From: Sedimentisphaerales bacterium
Lineage (GTDB): Bacteria > Planctomycetota > Phycisphaerae > Sedimentisphaerales > Anaerobacaceae
DNA length: 64,000 bases
Assembly (NCBI GenBank): GCA_963708075.1
Contig: OY970194.1
Span: 6,880,001-6,944,000 of the forward strand
Direction of reading: 5' to 3'
Part shown: in pieces, positions 30,110 through 38,023 of the stretch
Position numbering within the stretch: the first letter of the stretch is position 1
Layout of the letters: each line of letters opens with the position of its first letter
The notes under the pieces: generated by a model
Databases searched by the model: none
What the model saw: only the letters and a program-made list of their open reading frames with translations
What the model was told of the DNA's origin: nothing
Made by a program: the position numbers and the translations under genes

Positions 30110-30255
30110 TTCCGCCGCTCATTGCCGCGATTGAGCACGTGATAGAACGTATCCTCCTGATCGATGCGTAAGGGTCGTGCCATGAGCACCAGAGTACAAC
30201 GTCACGAACGGTGCCGTCAAGCAAATAATTCCTTATTCAAGACGTGACCCCGTTT
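30110..30255 (-). pseudogene. Truncated duplicate of first RAYT 5' end with its promoter and site
   Basis: Near-identical to 27375-27515 (MARPLRIDQEDTFYHVLNRGNERR). Confidence 0.85.
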
Positions 30256-30331
30256 ACCCCCCCCCGAGTATTGTGTCCCCGGAACCCGGAGGTGGCTGTT
30301 CCCTGTATACACAAATGCTATATCGCGACTC

Positions 30332-30967
30332 CTACTCTCCAAGGAGCGGGGCAATGCACGTCACCACTTCCTGTGCCTCTGCCAACTCCTTGAGTTGCGG
30401 GTATAACTCTCGCAGTATTGTCGATATCCTTCGATCATTTTGTCTTATGACCAAGCAGAACCGCAAATAGCGAGGCTCCGGTGGGCGCACTGCGGCTGGG
30501 CCATTGGCGATTTGCCCATCATAAGACACTCTGAGTCGTTCGCCTGCCAGTGGCTGGCATGAAAATGACCGTTTCTCCAGACCCTGTATCTGTCCGATTC
30601 TTCTGCGACCTGTTGGGATTAGGAGCCCCTCTGCAAGTCGATATGAAACACGTGGTTCCTGTGTGGCATCGCGCTGCAGACAGAGGATGATTGTCATAGC
30701 CTCTGCGCTCAACTGGCCGCTGCCCTCCCAGCGTAGAATTGCCACAACGCGATCCCGTGATGCGCAATGCCAGCCTTTGAAGTGATAATTGTAGCTTCCT
30801 CCGGGCTCCGAAGACCAAGCTACATTGGGCTTCTTAAATGGCATCTCAACACCCTTGTCACATGATGAGCAGAACAATCCGAAAGAAATCAATACGCCAG
30901 TCATACCATAGACGGCCCTATGCATTGGCATCCTCCACGTCAATTGTCTCAATCTGAAGAACATCAC
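30332..30967 (-). CDS. Hypothetical lipoprotein-like protein, possible orphan immunity
   Basis: Hydrophobic stretch + CSSC lipobox-like; AT-richer; bracketed by inverted sites. Confidence 0.5.
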   Translation of the reverse strand: MMFFRLRQLTWRMPMHRAVYGMTGVLISFGLFCSSCDKGVEMPFKKPNVAWSSEPGGSYNYHFKGWHCASRDRVVAILRWEGSGQLSAEAMTIILCLQRDATQEPRVSYRLAEGLLIPTGRRRIGQIQGLEKRSFSCQPLAGERLRVSYDGQIANGPAAVRPPEPRYLRFCLVIRQNDRRISTILRELYPQLKELAEAQEVVTCIAPLLGE

Positions 30968-31029
30968 AGGTCAAACCTCACTCATTTAGCTCCTGTGGGG
31001 TTCCGGGGACACAGTACTTACAGTACTTA

Positions 31030-31520
31030 TTTCTCATAGGATCGTTTCCGCAATACTCGTAGGGATTCGTCCCGTCGCCAGCCGGGTCGGTTTGGAGGCA
31101 TCTTCCGATGTAGGGGTTGTAGTATCTGGCGCGGTAGTAGTACAGGCCGGTGTCGGCGTCGAACTCCCGGCCGGTGAACAGGAAACGGTTCGGATGGTTC
31201 GGATCGCTGGCGCTTGTCTCGCCATAGACGCTGTACTCGTAGAGGTTCACTACCGAGCCTGCGGAGTTCGTCAGGGCTACACAGGAGCCCAGGCCATCGA
31301 AGTGATAGTAGTACGTGGCGTTGCTGTTGGCCACGTCGATCATGCAGATCGGCTGATCCACGCCGGGACCGTAGATGTACTTGTGCAAGAGGCTGTCGCT
31401 GCCGTCGTACTCGGCGATGATGTGCTGGCCATCGTAGAGGTACTTCATCACCGTCTGGCCGTCATAGGCCTTCTCGATCCGCCGCCCGGCCGAGTCATAG
31501 CCGTACGTGCTCGTCAGCCA
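31030..31520 (-). pseudogene. Rhs repeat-associated core fragment
   Basis: YGYDSAGRRIEK, YHFDGLGS, FTGREFDADTGLYYYRARYYNP.IGR.LQTDP, NPYEYCGNDP. Confidence 0.9.
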
Positions 31521-31890
31521 ATCCGTGGTGCCGCTGATGCGCCCTGGCGAACGCTGTCGATATCCAACTCTCGCACAATCCCAAGCATGGGTGACTATGT
31601 TGACTGTTGGCGGTCTGGCTGTCAACAGGGGGCAGCCATGCATGCTCCAGATATACGGACAGTCCACGTTCCGCAGTCACGGCGCGAATAGTGAATGATG
31701 AAGGCCTGGGCCAGGTTCTTTCGGGTACACGGCGTGGCTCTTGGGGTATTGCAGGGGCGTCGCCGATATGATACCATAGCTACGCAAGAGGTATGATTCT
31801 CGGATGGTCGCGCTGGTGCGCTATGGAGGGTACACCTGGGCGAAACGCGGACAGGGTCGGAGAGGCCGCTCTACGTAAAGGAGGAATGTC

Positions 31891-34800
31891 ATGCATAAGA
31901 CAGCGATTTGCTGGGTGATCGTACTGGTCATGGGTGTGACTATCCCAGTTTCCGCCGAGCTGGTCGGCTACTGGAAGCTGGACAAGGGCTCCGGTGACAA
32001 GTTCCTGGATGAGACCGACTATTGGCACGACGGGACCATCAGTCCGTGGGATGAGTCGGTTGTGAAGTGGACGACCGACGGGTACGACAGCAACGCGCTG
32101 GATTTCCTGTCTGCCACATCGCTGTCCACGCTTGTGGAGGCTCCGCTGCCGGCGGGCATCCTGGATATCAGCGAGGCGACCTGCTCGTTCTGGATGAACA
32201 TGCCGACAGCCTACCAGGCGTGGGGCGTCATATTGGACCTTCTTGGCACGGCGGCGGATAACAGCATAGAGCCCGACGCGGCGGGCGGCCTGGGCATCGG
32301 AAACGCCGGCGGCGCCGGTCCCTGGTACTGGTTCCAGACTACGGGTGTCCGGCTCAACGACAACCAGTGGCATCACGTAGTCGTGACCTACAGCCGGACT
32401 GCGAATAAGTGTATCGCGTATATAGATGGCAGGCAAAATGCCAGCGCTGCGTTCAACTATAGTGAGTCCATCACCAAGGTGCGTATCGGCGGCCCTCGCA
32501 ACTACTTCAATGTGTGGCGACGTTACCTGGGGCGGCTGGATGAAGTGGCGGTGTACAACCATGCTCTGAGCGCGGCGGAGGTTCAGAGACTGTCCTGGTA
32601 CGGCCCGCAGTGGGCAAAGTTTGCCGGCGGCCCGGAGCCGGCGAACGGCGCGACCCTCGCGACCGTGGGCGTGACCCTTCGCTGGACGGCCGGCGAGACG
32701 GCGGTTCGGCACCATGTGTATGTCGGCGAGAACCGGGATGAGGTGAAGAATGCCGTCGCGGGCGCCGATCAGGGCGTGACCACCACGACAACATTCTCGA
32801 ACTATCCGTGGAAGATCGGCAAGACTTACTTTTGGCGGGTGGACGAGGTCGAGGCGGACGGCGTCACCGTCCATCCCGGCGTGGTTTGGAGCTTCACGAT
32901 CGCCATGAAATCCGCCTCCGAACCGGTTCCCGCCAACGGGGCCGTGCTGGTGGACCCGAACGCCGTGCTGACGTGGGCAGCGGGCTCGGGGGCCCTCTTC
33001 CACAGCGTTTACCTGGGCGCCGATCCCGCGAAGCTGACGTCTGTGGCGCCGGCGCAGATGGACGCCACGTATGACCCGGCGCAGCTCGCTTTCGGCACAA
33101 CCTATTACTGGCGGGTCGACGAATTCGACGGCACTGTCTTCATCAAGGGAGACGTGTGGAGCTTCAAGACGACTCCCGACATCCCAATCACGGATCCGAA
33201 CCTCGTCGGCTTCTGGAACTTCGACCAGGACGAGAAGGGCGTCGCCATCGACTGGTCCGGCCACGGGCGTCACGGACGCATTTCGGGTGAGCCCAACAGT
33301 ATCGCCGGCTATAACCTCAACGCCTGGGCATTCGACGGCGTGGATGATTGCATCGAGGTCCCGCAGGTCGTCGGGCGGGACTTGACCCTGATGGCGTGGA
33401 TCCGGGCGGAGACACCCGGCGCCGCGGGCACGACGGCACGCGCCGGCAGCGGGCTGCTGTGGTCGGATGCGGCAGGGGGCGGGGACCACTTCACCATGGC
33501 CGTGCTGGGCACGAAGCTGGCGTTCGAAACCGGGCCCGGCAATCCGAATACGATCTCCAGCCGGGATGTCGTCACGGGCGAGTGGACCCACGTGGCAGTG
33601 ACCAGGACGGAAAGCTCTCGTCAGGTGCAGCTTTATGTCAATGGGGCCATCGACGCAACAGGCGATCATACGGGCGACAGAAATGTTGGCTCGTGCTCGC
33701 TGATCGTGATCGGCGCCAATACGCTCGATTCGCGGTACTTCCGGGGGGCCATCGATGAGGTCCGGGCATACGACCGCGTGCTCAATCAATCGGAGGTCGC
33801 GTCGCTGATGCGAGGCAACCTGCTGCTGGCCTGGAACCCCAGCCCTGCCATGGGGGAGATCGTCGATGTTCGATACCCCGGGCCGCTGGGCTGGTCTGCC
33901 GGGGACAAGGCGGCCCAGCACGACGTGTACCTGGGAACGGACAAAGCGGCGGTGGAAGCCGCGACTCCCGCCACCGTCGGCATCTACAGGGGACGCCAGG
34001 CGGACACCACGTACGTCCTCGCCGAACCACTGCTATGGAAGCAGACCTACTATTGGCGCGTGGATGAGATCAATGCTGATTCTACGGTGGCCAAGGGGAG
34101 GTTGTGGAGCTTCGCCGTAGCTGATTATCTTATTGTTGACACGTTTGAGAGTTACACGAATGACTCGCCGCATCGGGTCTTCCAGACCTGGATCGACGGC
34201 ATGGGCTTCTCGGAGGATGAATTCTTCCCCGACGGCAGCGTCGGCAACGGCACCGGTGCGGCGGTGGGACACGATATCTGGAGCCAAGGCGCCACGCATA
34301 CCACGATCATGGAGACAAGGATTGTCCACAGCGGCAGGCAGTCCATGCCCCTGTACTACGACAACAGCCAGGCGGATACGAAGTACAAGTCCGAGGCCGA
34401 GCGCACGTGGACTACAGCCCAGGATTGGACCGTCGGTCCCGTCGACGCGCTCCAACTGTTCTTCCGAGGCAACCCGGTGGACTTCCTGGAGAATCCGTCA
34501 GGCAGTATCGTGCTCAGCGGCGCCGGCGCCGACATCTGGGGCACGGCGGATGAGTTCCGCTTTGCCTTCAAGACGCTCAGTGGCAACGGGTCGATTGTGG
34601 CGAAGGTTGATCGGCTCGTGGATCGCGACGCATGGACAAAGGCGGGCGTGATGATTCGCCGGACGCTGGACCCGGATTCGGCATTTGCGGCGGTTTACGT
34701 GACAGGCGACAGCGGTGTACATTACCAGGCCCGGCTCAGGGCCATGGTGGACGCGGTGAGCGACAGCAACGTGGCCACCGCCGAGCAGACCGCCTTGCGA

Positions 34801-35304
34801 GAGCCTGCCTGGATCAAGATCGAACGCACGGGCGACCTGTTCAACGGCTATTACTCCACGGACGGTGTCAAATGGACCGCCATGTCCTGGAATCCGCAAA
34901 CGCTCGTTGTGACCGGTTCCGTCTATGTCGGTCTGGCGGTGACGAGCCATGTCGTCGGCAATCCGGCCGTGGCCGAGTTCTCCGGGATCAAGACGACGGG
35001 CAGTATCTCCGGCTCCTGGAAGGCCGAGGTGATCGGCGGGGTCCATCCGGCCAACAGCCGCGCGGACCTGTACGTCACATTGCAGGACAGCGGCAACCGG
35101 ACTGCCACAGTCAGGTATCCCGATGGAGCCGTCACCACCGATTGGACACAGTGGGACATCCCGCTCAGCAGCTTTACCGGCGTGAATATGGCGACGATCA
35201 GAAAGATGATCGTTGGCGTGGGCGAGCGGGATAACCCGCAAGCCGACGGCGCCGGCCTTGTGTACGTCGACGACATCCGCGTGATTAAGATCGCGGGCCA
35301 GTAG
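31891..35304 (+). CDS. Large secreted LamG/concanavalin-like multidomain protein
   Basis: Signal peptide; two LamG-like domains (WHHV, DEV..Y); repeated TYYWRVDE modules; SD AAGGAGG. Confidence 0.85.
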   Translation: MHKTAICWVIVLVMGVTIPVSAELVGYWKLDKGSGDKFLDETDYWHDGTISPWDESVVKWTTDGYDSNALDFLSATSLSTLVEAPLPAGILDISEATCSFWMNMPTAYQAWGVILDLLGTAADNSIEPDAAGGLGIGNAGGAGPWYWFQTTGVRLNDNQWHHVVVTYSRTANKCIAYIDGRQNASAAFNYSESITKVRIGGPRNYFNVWRRYLGRLDEVAVYNHALSAAEVQRLSWYGPQWAKFAGGPEPANGATLATVGVTLRWTAGETAVRHHVYVGENRDEVKNAVAGADQGVTTTTTFSNYPWKIGKTYFWRVDEVEADGVTVHPGVVWSFTIAMKSASEPVPANGAVLVDPNAVLTWAAGSGALFHSVYLGADPAKLTSVAPAQMDATYDPAQLAFGTTYYWRVDEFDGTVFIKGDVWSFKTTPDIPITDPNLVGFWNFDQDEKGVAIDWSGHGRHGRISGEPNSIAGYNLNAWAFDGVDDCIEVPQVVGRDLTLMAWIRAETPGAAGTTARAGSGLLWSDAAGGGDHFTMAVLGTKLAFETGPGNPNTISSRDVVTGEWTHVAVTRTESSRQVQLYVNGAIDATGDHTGDRNVGSCSLIVIGANTLDSRYFRGAIDEVRAYDRVLNQSEVASLMRGNLLLAWNPSPAMGEIVDVRYPGPLGWSAGDKAAQHDVYLGTDKAAVEAATPATVGIYRGRQADTTYVLAEPLLWKQTYYWRVDEINADSTVAKGRLWSFAVADYLIVDTFESYTNDSPHRVFQTWIDGMGFSEDEFFPDGSVGNGTGAAVGHDIWSQGATHTTIMETRIVHSGRQSMPLYYDNSQADTKYKSEAERTWTTAQDWTVGPVDALQLFFRGNPVDFLENPSGSIVLSGAGADIWGTADEFRFAFKTLSGNGSIVAKVDRLVDRDAWTKAGVMIRRTLDPDSAFAAVYVTGDSGVHYQARLRAMVDAVSDSNVATAEQTALREPAWIKIERTGDLFNGYYSTDGVKWTAMSWNPQTLVVTGSVYVGLAVTSHVVGNPAVAEFSGIKTTGSISGSWKAEVIGGVHPANSRADLYVTLQDSGNRTATVRYPDGAVTTDWTQWDIPLSSFTGVNMATIRKMIVGVGERDNPQADGAGLVYVDDIRVIKIAGQ

Positions 35305-35404
35305 CGCAATGCGGCATACGGGCTAAAGTGTCCCCGGTGCTGGCACCGATAGACTGATGGATGTGTTGTCCGCCTAAGGTGGACTATTTCTGAAAGGGCA
35401 CGGA

Positions 35405-35497
35405 ATGTGCAATAAATGTGGATGCAGTGGTGCGAAGAAGGCGAAACCCGCCGCCAAGCCGAAATCGACCAGCAAGAGTAAGGCCAAGAAGAAGTGA
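35405..35497 (+). CDS. 30-aa Cys/Lys-rich small protein MCNKCGCSGAKKAKPAAKPKSTSKSKAKKK
   Basis: ATG with upstream GAAAGGG; strongly biased composition; TGA at 35495. Confidence 0.6.
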   Translation: MCNKCGCSGAKKAKPAAKPKSTSKSKAKKK

Positions 35498-36344
35498 TGT
35501 AGTCGTCTGACCGACAGGCCCGCAGGCACTTGGCTCCGGGGGTGCGAGGAGGCTTCTCGCCGCGCGGAGACAAGAGTCCGGGCCTGTTTCATTTCCTGCC
35601 CGGCCACCCATTCTGCTCGTAGTGACGCCGTAAGGCGTTTCTTTTGATGCCCTTACGGGCACACTACAAACGAGCTATGCTTGACAATGCCACCCACGGT
35701 ATGGAGATTGGGATTGCGGCACGCGGCCCTGAAACAGCCATCCCCTGTGGGGTGTGGCCGGAATACGGTGGCAATCGGCGAGCCTCTTCGTAGGTCGTGC
35801 GTCCCCGCACGACCGGTCCGGGCCCTTGCAACGGACTGGATACTGTACAAGGCCACAGCCGAAAGAGGACGAGCGAGGACGCTCGTCCTACGCGGAGCCC
35901 CGAATCCGCCGTGTGCGGACTGCGCCTCTTTCGTCCCTTACGGGACTGGCTTTTGCCCTCGGTGCCGGTTCCCCAGCGATCAATCGCTGGGCTATTCTCT
36001 ATCGCCCTGCGGGCTTGGACTGCGCCATGGCTGAGCTTCGTGGTCCTGTCAAACTGAAGGCCATTCTCTATCGCCCTGCGGGCTTGGACTTCGCTCCAGT
36101 CCTCTTGCGTCGGCCCGTCCGCCCCACGGGGGCGATCGACACTAGCCCACCGTTTCAACGGTGGGTACGATAGTCAATCCTATCTCAAAGCCCCGTAGGG
36201 GCGAAAGAAGACTGGGCTGCGCTCTTGTGTCCGGTGAAATCCGAATCCGCCACCGAAGGCCGACCGCACCCCCCCCTGTGGTGTCCGTGAAGACAATCTG
36301 CCACCCGGTACAATGCCCAAGAGCCTGCACAACCATCCCCTGTG

Positions 36345-37880
36345 GGTGTGCGACTAATTTTCGTGGGGATCGTATGGCCTGTGGGCAGTTGGACAGCGTA
36401 TGATGAGAATGGAATTATTCAGTCATTCAGTCATACAGCAAGGAAGTACTCATGCACGAGAAGCTCACTGCCTCACAGTTGAAAAAGGCGATGAGGGGAG
36501 AGGTCGATACCTTGATCGAGGACGTGGTCAAGGCCGTCAATCAGGCCCAGGCCGGACGCATCATTGCCGATAGCGAAGAACTCGTTCGCCAGGCCAGTGC
36601 GTTGTTTCGCCAGCGTCTCTATGAGAGAGCCCTTCAATTACGCCAGCAGCACAGTGAGGCGGCTTTTTCCCCCGATGCCCAGCGACGACGGCCCCAGGTA
36701 CGAGAGTAAAGGCTGCCGTTCGATTGAGTATCTGACGGTCAATGGTCCTGTTCAGATCCGCCGCCGGGTCTATTGGAATCGCGGCAAGGGCTCCATCACC
36801 CCGGTGGATCAATGGCTGGGCATGAGCCACAGTCGCTACAGCGTGGGGGTTCGCCAGTTATGCTGCCGGGCGGCGGTCGGCAGTGACTTTCGCACCGCCG
36901 CCGAGAATCTGGCCTACGTCGGTCAATTGCACATCAGCCATGAGACGGTCCGCGGCCTTGTCGAGGGTGAGGGCCGGCAAGTCCTGACGCAGCAGCGTTC
37001 GGGGGCTCTGGGCCCCGACTGGGCGGCCGAGGACTGCCGGTCCGGACCGAACAAATCCACCTGCATCATCACCGGAGCCGATGGGGTTAAGGTGCCCTTG
37101 GTCACCCAGGTGGAGAAAGAGAAACGCCGCAAGCGACGGGCCCGTCGCCGTAAGGGCCAGCCCAAGCGTCGGCCGATGCATCCCGGCAGTGATCTGCCGT
37201 ACAAGGAGTTCAAGATCGTGGCGTTCTACGATCCCTCGAAACAGCACCAATATGCCATCGGCACCAGCGGCAATGCCCAGACGCTGGGCCAGTTGATGCG
37301 TCAGCACGCCGGCCAACTCAAGCTGGATCAAGCCGCTCTGGCCTACTCGGTGAGCGACGGGGCCGAGTGGATTCGCAAGCAATACCACCTCCAATTGCCG
37401 ATGCTCAAGGCCAACATCCTGGATTACTATCACCTGCGGGACAACGTGATCAAGGCCAGTCAAAGCGTCTATGGCCAAGGCAGTGTGCAAAGCCAGCATT
37501 GGCGTGAGCAGATCTGTGGCTGCTTCTTAGAGCAAGGCCCCGAGCAGGCCCTGGAGCAGATCCAAGCCCTGCGTAAGACGCTTCGAGCCGCCGACAAACG
37601 CAAAGCCCTGGAGCAGTTGATCAAGTTCATTGATGTCCGCCAGGAGATGACGCAGTATCCACAATTCAAAGCGGCCGGCTATGAGATCGGCTCGGGCCCG
37701 ACAGAGGCCTTCTGCAAGACGTTGACGGTCCGGCTCAAAGGCCCAGGGATGCGCTGGGACAAACCCAATGCTGAGGCCATGATGGCCCTGGCGTCAGTGC
37801 GTTCCAGCCATCTATGGCATAACTACTGGGACATCCAACGCAAGATACCCGCCTGACCCCACGAAATGTAGTCGCACACC
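36345..37880 (+). mobile_element. ISKra4-family-like insertion sequence
   Basis: TIRs ggtgtgcgacta(a/c)(t/a)tttcgtgggg; direct repeat CCCTGTG both sides; DDE transposase. Confidence 0.85.
36452..37856 (+). CDS. ISKra4-like DDE transposase split in two overlapping frames
   Basis: GADG, SDGAEWI, LDYYHL, IGSGPTEAFCK, RLKGPGMRW; TTTTTCCCCC at ~36664. Confidence 0.85.
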
Positions 37881-38023
37881 CCCTGTGCTGCGTAGAGGAT
37901 TGGAATGGCAATTCATTCGGGTTGGTGGTATTCTTCGACGTTTTCGAGCCCGCGATTGGCGGGAATTGACTTCAGGTCGCAGATATCCCGACAAGAGTCG
38001 GGGCGGCCGCAGTGGAGACGTGG

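Noticed and set aside
28924..30189. 421-aa RAYT ORF as one protein
   Set aside because: It is a truncated RAYT1 5' copy reading by chance into RAYT2, which has its own promoter and start at 29934
27375..30255. Duplicated segment as DGR template/variable repeat
   Set aside because: No reverse transcriptase and differences are not adenine-specific
20542..31030. Classical integron
   Set aside because: No tyrosine recombinase in the window and no convincing RYYYAAC...GTTRRRY attC sites
31780..33921. Long antisense ORFs (also 37913-39496, 55481-57070, 57473-58897, 60719-62560)
   Set aside because: Shadow frames of GC-rich genes on the opposite strand with no motifs
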